Assembly (NCBI GenBank): GCA_047150005.1
Contig: AP038806.1
Coordinates: 320,001 to 384,000 of the forward strand
Reading direction: 5' to 3'
DNA length: 64,000 nt
Source: Nitrospira sp.
GTDB lineage: Bacteria; Nitrospirota; Nitrospiria; Nitrospirales; Nitrospiraceae
Below, piece after piece: positions 11,917 through 21,479 of this stretch. Position 1 is the stretch's first letter. The number at the start of each line of letters is the position of its first letter. The notes beneath the pieces are model-generated. The model did not search any database. It was not told the origin of the DNA and worked only from the letters and a program-made list of their open reading frames with translations. Both the position numbers and the translations under genes were made by a program.

Positions 11917-13251
11917 TCACTCACGGATCTGGCCGCTGCCGAGGACGACAAACTTCGAGCAGGTCAGTTCCTGCAGTCCCATCGGCCCACGCGCGTGGAT
12001 CCGGGATGTGCTGATTCCAATCTCCGCCCCAAGACCGAACTGATACCCGTCATTCAATCGGGTCGAGGCATTGACCAGGACGGCGCTGGCATCGACCTCC
12101 CGGAGGAATCGCATGGCTTTCTGATAGTTGCCGGTCACGATGGCTTCGGTATGGCGCGAACCGTAACGGGCGATATGCTCCAACGCTTCGTCGATGTTCT
12201 TCACCACTTTGACGGCCACGGTCAGGTCTAGAAACTCTTTTCCGTAGTCTTCGTCTGTCGCCGGCTTGGCGAGGGAGGAGAGTTGACAGGTCTTTGAGCA
12301 ACCGCGCACTTCCACCTCCGCCGCCGAGAGCTTCTCGACAAACCCGGCAAGCCAGGTGCGGGCAATTCCATGGTGGACCAACAGGGTTTCCATCGCGTTG
12401 CAGGTGGACGGCCGCTGGACTTTGGCGTTGAAGGCGATCCGATCCGCCATCGCGGCATCCGCATCGTCATCCACATATACGTGACAGACCCCTGCGTCGT
12501 GTTTGAGCACCGGAATGGTGGAATGCTCCGCCACCGTTCGCATCAGGGACTCGCCCCCGCGGGGAATAATCAGATCGATGAACCGATCCTGCTTCAAGAA
12601 GACAGGAACCGCCTCGCGATCAGCTCGTGTGATGAAGCCGATCGCGCCGGCCGGCACACCGGATTTCTCGGCGGCTTCCGACAGTACAGCTGCAATCGCG
12701 GTGTTGGAGTGAATCGCTTCGCTACCCCCGCGAAGAACGCAGGCGTTGCCCGACTTCAGACAGAGCGCCGCAGAGTCCGCAGTGACATTCGGACGGGATT
12801 CGTAGATGATGCCGATGACGCCGATGGGGACACGAACTCGCCCGACCTGCATTCCGTTGGGTCGGATCCACATCTTGGGGATCTCACCCAGCGGGTCGGC
12901 AAGCTTTGCCACCTCCCGGATGCCGTCGGCCATTTCGGAGATCCGTGAGGGGGACAACCGAAGCCGATCCGCCATCGCCTTTCGCTCCGGCGCTGTGCCG
13001 AACGCGTCGAGATCCTGCTCATTCGCGGCCAGAATCGACCCGGATTGCTCCTCCATGGCATCGGCCATGGCCAGCAATGCCCGATTCTTCACCGATGTCG
13101 ACAGGGTCGCGAGTTGTCCCGATGCTTGCCGCGCCCGCTTCACCAGGGCCTGTACATATTCTTGAGTGGATTGTTCAGGAACCTCGGAGGCCTCGATCGG
13201 CTCCTTGGATCCAACGGACAGGGCACGTTGGGTATTGTCAGCCATCACCAT
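11917..13251 (-). CDS. proA: Gamma-glutamyl phosphate reductase (start uncertain)
   Basis: GVIGIIYESRPNVT, LKSGNACVLRGGSEA, CNAMETLL, NASTRLNDGYQFGLGAEIGIST, HARGPMGL. Confidence 0.96.
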   Translation of the reverse strand: MVMADNTQRALSVGSKEPIEASEVPEQSTQEYVQALVKRARQASGQLATLSTSVKNRALLAMADAMEEQSGSILAANEQDLDAFGTAPERKAMADRLRLSPSRISEMADGIREVAKLADPLGEIPKMWIRPNGMQVGRVRVPIGVIGIIYESRPNVTADSAALCLKSGNACVLRGGSEAIHSNTAIAAVLSEAAEKSGVPAGAIGFITRADREAVPVFLKQDRFIDLIIPRGGESLMRTVAEHSTIPVLKHDAGVCHVYVDDDADAAMADRIAFNAKVQRPSTCNAMETLLVHHGIARTWLAGFVEKLSAAEVEVRGCSKTCQLSSLAKPATDEDYGKEFLDLTVAVKVVKNIDEALEHIARYGSRHTEAIVTGNYQKAMRFLREVDASAVLVNASTRLNDGYQFGLGAEIGISTSRIHARGPMGLQELTCSKFVVLGSGQIRE

Positions 13252-13287
13252 CCTGCTTTCTTCAGCGAATTGCCTTGTGCGTGAAAC

Positions 13288-13317
13288 AGAATACCGTGGG
13301 AGTTTCCAAGGGGTCAA
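13288..13317 (-). promoter_or_regulatory. Candidate sigma70 promoter of proA
   Basis: TTGACC-18 nt-TATTCT, 36 nt upstream of the chosen start codon. Confidence 0.45.
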
Positions 13318-13379
13318 GGCACTCGGGCACCCCTCCGCGTCGGTGTGCTGAAAACCCCGCAGCTCGCATGTCTGTCCGG

Positions 13380-13994
13380 CTAGGGGGCAGAGGGCGGGAT
13401 TGTAGCGTCGCCAGGCCTCTGGGGCGAATCCGAAGGCTGGGATTCCGTTTGATCGAGTGCGGTGGGAAGCTGGTCGATCCCGCGTGGGGGCGGTGCATTG
13501 ACCGGAGAAGTAGGGAGGAACGCGCTGGTCATGGACGGATTGGGAAACTGAAAAATCCAGTCCCGATAGCTCTTTTTGCCGTCGAAGTGGCGGACGGGCA
13601 AGGGAAACTCATGTTTCCTGATCGGCTCCGCGACGCTTCTGCTTCGGACTCCCATGATGCCGCCGGAGGGTCCCTTGAGATATTCCCACTCGACATGAGT
13701 CATGGGATCGCGATAGGGTTTGCGCAGAAACGGCTTTGGCGATCTCGTCAATTCGGCCAAGGATTGAGGATACACTTCTCCCTGCGTGACGCGACCGGCC
13801 TTCATCGTGGAGGAATAGAGTGCGAGGGCATTCTGAATCTCGATACCCTTGGTGAGCAAATCCGCTTCCTGTTCCCGCTGAATCATGCCTTTCCATTGCT
13901 TGGCGGCGGTGGTCGTCGCGATGCCGATCAGGACGATCGCAAACATGAGAAACAGATAGGTGATGCCGCGCTCGTTGCCGGAAAGCCTCGCCAT
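13380..13994 (-). CDS. Minor pseudopilin, GspK/PilX-like
   Basis: Prepilin leader NERG|ITYLF with a hydrophobic helix and no Glu5; YPQSLAEL...FLRKPYRDPMT. Confidence 0.8.
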   Translation of the reverse strand: MARLSGNERGITYLFLMFAIVLIGIATTTAAKQWKGMIQREQEADLLTKGIEIQNALALYSSTMKAGRVTQGEVYPQSLAELTRSPKPFLRKPYRDPMTHVEWEYLKGPSGGIMGVRSRSVAEPIRKHEFPLPVRHFDGKKSYRDWIFQFPNPSMTSAFLPTSPVNAPPPRGIDQLPTALDQTESQPSDSPQRPGDATIPPSAP

Positions 13995-14002
13995 GACACG
14001 CC

Positions 14003-14572
14003 CTAGGGTTGAGGGGCAGCTTCTTCTGACAGCGGAACCGCATATTCAAGGAGAGACTTTCGATCTTCCAACGTGACGCTGTCCGGAGTGATCGCTTTCA
14101 CGACCACGTGGTTCTCAACCGTCTCGCCCTTGCGGACGACGTGCAGATCATCGTTCTTCGTCAGGACGGCCAGGTCACGCTGATTCTCCCGATCGCTTCC
14201 CTCCTTCCGCACGAAGCCCAAGTAACGAAATTGTGCCAATTCCATCAGGATCGCTTGTTGCTGTTGCGCTATGTCCGGAACGGCCTCCGAGGCAGGCCCG
14301 GCCCCCTCAGCCGTCCCCGGCAAGGAGAAAATGTTCCTGGGCATGACGAAAGAGAGGCTTCGCTGATCCCGCGAGGATGTCAAGAGATCAAGTTGCACGT
14401 GCAGGCCACCGCCGGGACCTTTCCGTCCTTGCTGAATTAGTCGGTGACCCGACATGTTGGTAAGAGGAACACGAACCGGTTCTTCCGCCGTCGACCACAG
14501 CCACATTCCGGCTGCTCCCCAGATCGCGAGGAGAATCACCAGTACACCCGCCTTCTGGTACCCGCCGTTCAT
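14003..14572 (-). CDS. PilP/GspC-like periplasmic connector
   Basis: N-terminal TM helix, RNIF motif, FRYLGF...VVRKGETV beta domain; lies after pilO-like. Confidence 0.6.
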   Translation of the reverse strand: MNGGYQKAGVLVILLAIWGAAGMWLWSTAEEPVRVPLTNMSGHRLIQQGRKGPGGGLHVQLDLLTSSRDQRSLSFVMPRNIFSLPGTAEGAGPASEAVPDIAQQQQAILMELAQFRYLGFVRKEGSDRENQRDLAVLTKNDDLHVVRKGETVENHVVVKAITPDSVTLEDRKSLLEYAVPLSEEAAPQP

Positions 14573-14581
14573 CGATCCCCT

Positions 14582-15142
14582 TTACTGTGCAGCTCCAGGC
14601 GAGGTCTCACCGGCTTTGAGATAGGTCGCAATTTTGATGTTAAACGTCAGTGACCGATCTTGACGCTCCGGCGCGCGTACCAGATCCACATCTTCGATAT
14701 AGACCAGCTCTTCGGCAGTCTCGAGGTCGAAGAGAAATCGTCTGAGATCCTCATACTTCCCGGTTATTGTCCCTTGCAGAATCCCGCGGGCAATATGAGG
14801 GACGGGCGTGGACTCCGTTTTGTAGGATAGAGCCGGCAAGGCTACGTGGTTTTGCTTGGCCTCCTCCGTAATACCCAACGCCAAGGGAGCGAAATCCCGT
14901 TCGTCAGGAAGGGCTGCCCATACCTGGGCTAAGTCCTTCTTCGCCTGCCGTGCCTCCAGGTGAACCTGATGGGCTCTGCGAGCCTGCAACCACTCCTGTT
15001 CGAGTTTGGCCAGCTGCATGTCCGTCGATCCGACTCCAAAAGACCTGGTCAGCCACAGAATCCCGAACAGCAGCAGGGAGAGCCCCACCCTTGGGATCAA
15101 CGGCCCATATGGACTTTTGAGCGCCTCGATCAATCGATTCAT
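14582..15142 (-). CDS. PilO/GspM-like alignment protein
   Basis: TM helix and coiled coil; ITGKYEDLRRFLFDLE ferredoxin-like motif. Confidence 0.8.
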   Translation of the reverse strand: MNRLIEALKSPYGPLIPRVGLSLLLFGILWLTRSFGVGSTDMQLAKLEQEWLQARRAHQVHLEARQAKKDLAQVWAALPDERDFAPLALGITEEAKQNHVALPALSYKTESTPVPHIARGILQGTITGKYEDLRRFLFDLETAEELVYIEDVDLVRAPERQDRSLTFNIKIATYLKAGETSPGAAQ

Positions 15143-15771
15143 GCCCCGGATGCCCTCGCCGAGTTGTACTTCAATGAAAGGTCGAACTCGACCAGTCCGT
15201 CCCCTCCCAGATGATGCTGCCCGAGCACGGGATCCCGAAAGACAGGGTGGTCCTGAAGTTTCACCGTCAAGGCGGTGATGTCCTCAACCGCGATGGCCGC
15301 ACCTGTCAGATGAATCATTCCTCCCACCGAATCGAGTCGAACGCTCTTGATCGAGACGCGCTGAGGAATCGCCTCCTCCAGACCGGATAGGAACTGGGTC
15401 CATGAAAAGCTGTGTTTGGCCAGCAATTCATTGGCCAACCTCACCTCCGACGGCAAGGCTTGCAGGGTCGGAGCCGACAGATCGATCCCTTCCTGTTGAG
15501 CACCGGCCATGAGCCGGCGATCCTCCTCCCGGACTTGATCGAGACGAGTCTGCATCTCGCGCAGTTCTGCAAGTCGGTTCACCGCGAGCGTGACGGTCCA
15601 TGCGATCCACACACAGGCCAGGATACAGAGTGCGGCGAGCCCGGTTCGTACCGGTTTGACATACCATCGGTACCGACTGGCGAGGTTGAGATGAAAATAT
15701 CGCGCACCGCTTGTTCCAGGCCGTGGAATCCTGTCGAGTGACATGACCGATGAGAGCTTCCGAATGTTCAT
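15139..15771 (-). CDS. PilN-like alignment protein
   Basis: HLNLA, TM helix, coiled coil, SWTQFLSGLEEAIPQRVSIKSV. Confidence 0.8.
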   Translation of the reverse strand: MNIRKLSSVMSLDRIPRPGTSGARYFHLNLASRYRWYVKPVRTGLAALCILACVWIAWTVTLAVNRLAELREMQTRLDQVREEDRRLMAGAQQEGIDLSAPTLQALPSEVRLANELLAKHSFSWTQFLSGLEEAIPQRVSIKSVRLDSVGGMIHLTGAAIAVEDITALTVKLQDHPVFRDPVLGQHHLGGDGLVEFDLSLKYNSARASGA

Positions 15772-15774
15772 CGC

Positions 15775-16770
15775 TCAGATCATCCCTGCCACTGCCGGGA
15801 GGGCCGCTAGAGACGTTCCGCCACCGCAGGCCTTCCATCCCAGCACGTCGATATGGTTCCAGGTCAGACATTCCACGGACACACCAAGTTCGCGGCTCAG
15901 CGTCGATTCCCAATGCCGGCTCGAATCCGCTGTCATGAGGATGATTTCCTTCGCCTGCACGTGAGGGTACTGCTCCTGACAGGCCACAAACGACGCCGAG
16001 ATTTCCCGCAGCACTCTCTCTTCGATATCGCCCGCCTCCTGAGCCGAATGCACCTGCTCTTCGGGGAGGAGTTTAGTCCGAACAAACACCGGTCGCTTCT
16101 GGTGCAAGATGAAGCAGGTGAGCGCCCCGTCCATCACCGTGACCCATGCCAGATCATGGTCCAGCCTGCGAAAGCCGCCCGCGGCTCTCAACCAGAGGTT
16201 GAACGAGCTGAAACTCGTCACACCCACTTCCTGCGGAACGAAACCGACGGCCTCGCAGACCGTTTCGTATTGATGCAAGATGCCATCCTGGATGACGACG
16301 ACCAAGACCAAATGGGAATCGTCACCGGTCTCGGAGGCGGGGAACACCTGCCAGATCAATTTGGTTCCGGAAAGCGGAAGACGCTGTTCCTGTCCGAGCC
16401 TCCATCGGATGAGAGCCTCGAGTTCTTCGTTCTGCGACGGCACGTGATCCAGTGAGAGAATGATCGTACGGACCGCCAAGTCGGACAACAACAAGGTGAT
16501 CGGCCGAGGTAATTCCCGTATCCCGATGTGCTTCACCCACCGCACCCGCCCGGGGAAGCCCGCGAGCGAACGAAGCCGTTCTTCCACCGCAACGTGGTTG
16601 ATCACATTGGGCTCGATTGGCGACAGCTTGATCGAGTCTGCCGGCAGCGGCAACGACTGGCACCGGTAGCAATGCCGGCCCCGCCACGTCCGGACGTGTT
16701 CCCCCCAGACCAAGCCCCTGCTCCCGACCTTGAGACAGAACCGAGGTTTTCCGCCCCCGAATCCGAACAT
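15775..16770 (-). CDS. PilM/GspL-cytoplasmic-like actin-fold protein
   Basis: Lies between the ATPase and pilN; ELEALIRW and YETVCEAVGFVP patterns. Confidence 0.65.
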   Translation of the reverse strand: MFGFGGGKPRFCLKVGSRGLVWGEHVRTWRGRHCYRCQSLPLPADSIKLSPIEPNVINHVAVEERLRSLAGFPGRVRWVKHIGIRELPRPITLLLSDLAVRTIILSLDHVPSQNEELEALIRWRLGQEQRLPLSGTKLIWQVFPASETGDDSHLVLVVVIQDGILHQYETVCEAVGFVPQEVGVTSFSSFNLWLRAAGGFRRLDHDLAWVTVMDGALTCFILHQKRPVFVRTKLLPEEQVHSAQEAGDIEERVLREISASFVACQEQYPHVQAKEIILMTADSSRHWESTLSRELGVSVECLTWNHIDVLGWKACGGGTSLAALPAVAGMI

Positions 16771-16771
16771 C

Positions 16772-18520
16772 TCAGCTTTCCTCGTTGAACGTGACGCGAT
16801 TGATCTCGCGCAACGTCGTGGATCCTTCGATCACCTTTCGCACGGCGGATTGCCGCAAGGTGATCATGCCCGACGTCACGGCCCGATACCGGATTTCGGA
16901 CAGCGGCCGTTCAGCCAGAATCATTTCCTTGATCTCATCGGTCAAGTCCAGGAATTCGGTGATGCATTTCCTTCCTCGATAACCGGTTCCCAGACATTCC
17001 TGGCATCCTTTGCCCTGATAGAACGGAAGGTCCTTATATTCTTCATAGTCCAGCCCTGATTCCTGAGCGAGCGCCTGATCGAGTTTGACCACTATCCGAC
17101 AGGCCTGACAGACGATACGGATGAGCCGCTGAGCCAACACACAGTTGAGCGCCGCTAAAAAGTTGTAGGAATCGATGCCCATGGACGCAAACCGGCCGAT
17201 CACGTCGAAGACGTTATTGGCATGGACGGTGGTCAGCACGAGATGCCCGGTCAGCGCCGACTGAATGGCGATCTGAGCCGTTTCGGCATCGCGAATCTCT
17301 CCGACCATGATCTTGTCGGGATCGTGTCGCAGGATCGATCGCAAACCGCGGGCGAAGGTCAGGCCTTTCTTCTCATTGACCGGGATTTGCACGACACCGG
17401 GCAGCTGATACTCGACGGGGTCTTCGATCGTGATGAGCTTGTCCTCTTTCACGTTCATTTCGGTAATCGCGGCGTACAGCGTCGTCGTTTTTCCGCTCCC
17501 GGTCGGACCGGTCACCAACACCATGCCGTACGGCCTCGTAATGGCGCGCCGGAAGCGTTTGAGGTCTTCCTCGTTGAATCCTAATCGATCCAACCGCAGT
17601 GCGGACACCCCGGTCGTGATCGCTTCTCGATCCAGAATCCGAATGACCACCGATTCTCCGAAGACGCTGGGAAGGATCGAAACCCGAAAATCCACCGTCT
17701 TGCGCTCCAGTCTCATCCGAAAGCTGCCGTCCTGCGGCACGCGTCGTTCCGCGATATCGAGATCTGACATGACCTTGAGCCGGGAAACCAGCGGCGCATG
17801 TAATCGAATGTCGAGCGGCTCCATGGCCGGTACAAGAATCCCGTCAACGCGAAACTTGACCTTGGTGGCGCGATCCGCGGCTTCGATATGGATGTCACTC
17901 GCGCGACGCTGCATCGCGCTCAACATGATGGAGTCGAGCAGCTTGACCGCGGGGCTTTGGTCTTCCCCCCCTTGGTCAATTGTGAGGATTTCATCTCCCC
18001 GCTCATCTTCTTTTACGAGGACCGACCGGTATTCCGCTTCCAACTCTCGAAGCGCTTGGCTCGAGCCTTCGCTTCGGTCCAGGGCCACGAGAATGGCGTT
18101 GCGCGGGCTGACCACGAGTTCCAATTCTCGGCCGAGCAGTAATTCCAGCTCATCGAGCGCGAGGAGGTTCTGGGGATCGGGAACGGCGACGACAAGCCGG
18201 CCACCTTGGTCGGCGATCGGAACGAACGGATGGCGCTGCATCAGCTTGACCGACATGGAATCGTAGAACGATTGGTCCACACGGAAGTCCGCCAGAGGAT
18301 CGAACGGAAGGCCAAACTGAACCGCCAGCGCCCGAGCCAACTGCTCCTCGGACAGAACGCCTTCGCTCACCAGAGTCTGACCGAGCCCGGCCGACACGCC
18401 GTGCAACCGGTCGAGCGTCTGCTCCACAGTCTGCCTCGGCAGCAGTCCCTCGCTGACGAGCACGTCGGCCAGTGTCGGTCTTGCGCCGGGCTTGGTCGTC
18501 ATTCCCTGTCTGTGGCTCAT
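16772..18520 (-). CDS. gspE: GspE/PilB-family assembly ATPase
   Basis: ASDIHIE, LDIAERRVPQDG, Walker A GPTGSGKTT, TIEDPVEY, LRHDPDKIMVGEIRD, CxxC...CxxC. Start placed at ATG 18520 to avoid overlap with gspF. Confidence 0.93.
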   Translation of the reverse strand: MSHRQGMTTKPGARPTLADVLVSEGLLPRQTVEQTLDRLHGVSAGLGQTLVSEGVLSEEQLARALAVQFGLPFDPLADFRVDQSFYDSMSVKLMQRHPFVPIADQGGRLVVAVPDPQNLLALDELELLLGRELELVVSPRNAILVALDRSEGSSQALRELEAEYRSVLVKEDERGDEILTIDQGGEDQSPAVKLLDSIMLSAMQRRASDIHIEAADRATKVKFRVDGILVPAMEPLDIRLHAPLVSRLKVMSDLDIAERRVPQDGSFRMRLERKTVDFRVSILPSVFGESVVIRILDREAITTGVSALRLDRLGFNEEDLKRFRRAITRPYGMVLVTGPTGSGKTTTLYAAITEMNVKEDKLITIEDPVEYQLPGVVQIPVNEKKGLTFARGLRSILRHDPDKIMVGEIRDAETAQIAIQSALTGHLVLTTVHANNVFDVIGRFASMGIDSYNFLAALNCVLAQRLIRIVCQACRIVVKLDQALAQESGLDYEEYKDLPFYQGKGCQECLGTGYRGRKCITEFLDLTDEIKEMILAERPLSEIRYRAVTSGMITLRQSAVRKVIEGSTTLREINRVTFNEES

Positions 18521-18552
18521 TCCACACCCCGCGCTGTGAGCGATGCTCCCCT

Positions 18553-19764
18553 TCACACTGTCCCGGCCATCTGGAAGACCGGCAGATACATGACAATCAC
18601 GATTCCCCCGACCAACACTCCCATCACCAGCAAGAGCACCGGTTCGATCCATGTCGTCAGCTGGGTCAATCGAAGATCGAGATCTCCCTCGTAGAACTCA
18701 GCAACATCGTGAAGCATTGTTTCCAGGGCCCCTGTTTCTTCTCCGACCGAAAGCATTTCGATGGCGAGTTTTGGAAACACACCGGGTCGGCCCAACGCGG
18801 CGGCCAGTGTGGTGCCCTCGCGAATATCATCCACGGCATCCCCGACTCCCGCGGCAATGTAGCGATTGGAGACCGCTCCCTTGGTGATGTGCAAGGCGTC
18901 GACGAGGGGAGTTCCACCGGCAAGGATGGTTCCCAACGTTCTGGCCAACTGGATCGTATGGTGCTTCACGAAAATCTGCCCCAGAAGCGGCGCCCGTAAT
19001 AGCATGCGATCGACCGTCAGATGTCCCGCCGGCGTCGCATAATACGCCCGCCCCGCCAGGAGAACCGCCGCCAGCGATACCGTCATCGGAATCAGATACG
19101 CTCGCGCTGCCGTCACGAGATCGATCAACGCCTGGGTCGCCGCCGGCAAGGTCTTGGCCGATTCACTGTAGACGGAAATGAACGTGGGCATGACGTACGT
19201 CAGCAAGAATCCGATGACGCCGACGCCGACCAGGATCAGAAAGCCGGGATAGGCCAGTGCTTTGCCAACTTTTTGACGAAGCCCGATCATCAGTTTCAAG
19301 TAGGTGATGAAACGCTGCAACACGTCCGCCACGTTTCCCGATTGTTCGCCCGCTTTGAAGGTGGCGATGTAGAGCTCGGAAAAATAGGCGGGATGTTTGG
19401 CAAGCGCTTCGGAAACGGAAGCGCCGCCGCGAATGTCCTGGCGCACCATCCGGAGTACCTGTTGAAATCCTGAATGACGCGCCCGTTCGATCAGGAGATC
19501 CCACACCCGAAGCACAGGCAACCCCGCCTTCACCAATGCCAGTAACTCCTGGTTGAAAATGAGAAATTCGCCGAGGGGCAGCCCTCGGAAGGCCGAGAGA
19601 CTCATGGTGGAACCGCCGATCGCTCCGCCGCGGCGTTGGAGTTTGAAAACGAGATACCCCTCCCCTTCAAGCCTGGCGCGGACGAGTGACTCCTCCTCGC
19701 CCTCGACCTGGCCGTCTAGGGTCGATCCATCCGGGCGAGCGACTCTGTACGAGAAGACGGGCAT
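18553..19764 (-). CDS. gspF: GspF/PilC-family inner-membrane platform protein
   Basis: LVKAGLP, AGEQSG, ALAYP, VGEETGALETML, IEP...MYLPVF. Confidence 0.93.
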   Translation of the reverse strand: MPVFSYRVARPDGSTLDGQVEGEEESLVRARLEGEGYLVFKLQRRGGAIGGSTMSLSAFRGLPLGEFLIFNQELLALVKAGLPVLRVWDLLIERARHSGFQQVLRMVRQDIRGGASVSEALAKHPAYFSELYIATFKAGEQSGNVADVLQRFITYLKLMIGLRQKVGKALAYPGFLILVGVGVIGFLLTYVMPTFISVYSESAKTLPAATQALIDLVTAARAYLIPMTVSLAAVLLAGRAYYATPAGHLTVDRMLLRAPLLGQIFVKHHTIQLARTLGTILAGGTPLVDALHITKGAVSNRYIAAGVGDAVDDIREGTTLAAALGRPGVFPKLAIEMLSVGEETGALETMLHDVAEFYEGDLDLRLTQLTTWIEPVLLLVMGVLVGGIVIVMYLPVFQMAGTV

Positions 19765-19800
19765 GACTCGATTCGCAGAGTAGGTTGAGGCCCAAACGCC

Positions 19801-20550
19801 TTAGGGAATCGATTCCGTAGAGCCTGAGGTAGCCGCTCGTCCGGTCTGACCTCCCGGGATCAAGAGCGCCTGACCGATCTCGATGGTGTTGTCCGAAAGC
19901 TGATTGATCGCGCGCAGCTGGCGCAACGAGACGTGATGTCTCCTGGCAAGGCCCCACAACGTGTCTCCAGGCTTCACGAAAACCGTCCGCGATGAGGTCT
20001 CTTCTTGATAAGAGAGATTCCCTGCCATGTCGTCGGGATCCGACAGCGTACCCATCAACACAGCGGGTGTGGCGACCATTGCCGCTTTCTGCACCCTACG
20101 ACCGGATCCTTCTCGGAGCGCCGGCACGACATCCTGAACTCCGTCTTTGGAAAGACCTGACTTGGACAGATGGTTTTGCAGCCGCTTCAGCTGGCTGTGC
20201 AATTGGAGGCTGCTGCGAGACAGACGCTCCCGTTCCGCTCGCGCCGCCACAAGTTCCTCGCGCTGCAGTTCGATCACCTGCTTGGCCTCGGCGACACGGC
20301 GCTCCGCTTCCCGGACTCGGCCCTCGAGTTGGGCACGAGCCACCTGCGCATCCGCCAACTCCTGTCGGCGCACTTCCAATTCGGTCCGCAACTCCGTGAT
20401 CGTACGTTGCGTATCCCTGACTTGCGTCTTGAGCGTGTCGATGGTCAGTTGAAGGTCGACCACCTCCGGTTCTGCCATGGGTTCAAGTTCTCCACAGGCA
20501 ACATTTGATAAGGCCGCGAAAGACAGAACGACCACCGCGCCAAACCGCAT
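19801..20550 (-). CDS. Coiled-coil protein with C-terminal LysM domain, probable lipoprotein (alternative start near 20592)
   Basis: Signal peptide ending SNVAC; long heptad region; VKPGDTLWGLARRHHVSLRQLRAINQL...IGQALLIP. Confidence 0.85.
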   Translation of the reverse strand: MRFGAVVVLSFAALSNVACGELEPMAEPEVVDLQLTIDTLKTQVRDTQRTITELRTELEVRRQELADAQVARAQLEGRVREAERRVAEAKQVIELQREELVAARAERERLSRSSLQLHSQLKRLQNHLSKSGLSKDGVQDVVPALREGSGRRVQKAAMVATPAVLMGTLSDPDDMAGNLSYQEETSSRTVFVKPGDTLWGLARRHHVSLRQLRAINQLSDNTIEIGQALLIPGGQTGRAATSGSTESIP

Positions 20551-20596
20551 TAGCCTCACGCACCCGTCGGTTTCATGGCCGAAGAACATCATGCTG

Positions 20597-21013
20597 CTAC
20601 CATCGATTGTACGGAACCCCGTTGGTTCCCACGAACTCAGATCCTGAGAAGACGTCGATGACACCTTCCTCGGTCCCCCCAGTAATCTCCTGCCAGGTGG
20701 TCTCGGAATTGGTAAATGGGTCCCTGGGGACAGTTCGCAAGTACCCCGTGGACACCAAGACCTGCAGGGAAGCGGGGAATTTGCCCTGATCCGCCCGATG
20801 TTGATCGAGAATGTCGCGCAACGTGAAGAGATCTTGCCGTAACGCCGCCTCCCTGGCCTTGACCAGTGAGGCCTGATATGTCGGTATCGCCATGGTCGCC
20901 AGGATTCCGACGATCGAAACGACGATCAACAACTCGATCAACGTGAAACCGTTGCGGATCGACACCGCACGGCTACCAATCGCGATATTTGGTTCCATCG
21001 AGCGCGACGTCAT
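20597..21013 (-). CDS. GspG-like pseudopilin
   Basis: RNG|FTLIELLIVVSIVGILA; C-terminal YLRTVPRDPFT...GTNGVPYNRW. Confidence 0.92.
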   Translation of the reverse strand: MTSRSMEPNIAIGSRAVSIRNGFTLIELLIVVSIVGILATMAIPTYQASLVKAREAALRQDLFTLRDILDQHRADQGKFPASLQVLVSTGYLRTVPRDPFTNSETTWQEITGGTEEGVIDVFSGSEFVGTNGVPYNRW

Positions 21014-21479
21014 CGCTTTTCGTCATCACGTCGTAGATGTCTTCGCCGCACCAGTTTGATGCGTCAGGCGCATCCTTGTAGCAGCGGAACTGCCAATCCG
21101 CCTTCCCGGTCAAGGGATCGACGGGAAGATTCCGCAGGTACCGCCGGATCGTCGTCCCTCGAACCGTCGCTTCCTCTCCCGTGAGAGTTACCCCCAGCAA
21201 CACGTTCAGGGATTTTGGATACCCATAGACGCTGCTGACCTCTTTGCAGGTCAGTTTGTTCTTCAGACACACAGGGCCGACCACCACATCACCGTCGCGA
21301 TTCCATTCCAGCTTGAAGGTGTCAATGGCCGCCCGCACGACCCGCAGATGCTGTCTCAGCTCCACTTCGTGCGCTCGTTTGGTCGACAGGCGGCTCAACG
21401 GAAGCGCCACTGAAGCCAGGATCATCACGATCGTCAGCGTCACCATCAATTCCAGAAGCGTGACGCCGGACTCCCTCAC
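20973..21479 (-). CDS. GspG-like pseudopilin with Cys-containing insert
   Basis: ESG|VTLLELMV; YLRNLPVDPLTG...ALDGTKYRDW. Confidence 0.9.
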   Translation of the reverse strand: MRESGVTLLELMVTLTIVMILASVALPLSRLSTKRAHEVELRQHLRVVRAAIDTFKLEWNRDGDVVVGPVCLKNKLTCKEVSSVYGYPKSLNVLLGVTLTGEEATVRGTTIRRYLRNLPVDPLTGKADWQFRCYKDAPDASNWCGEDIYDVMTKSDDVALDGTKYRDW

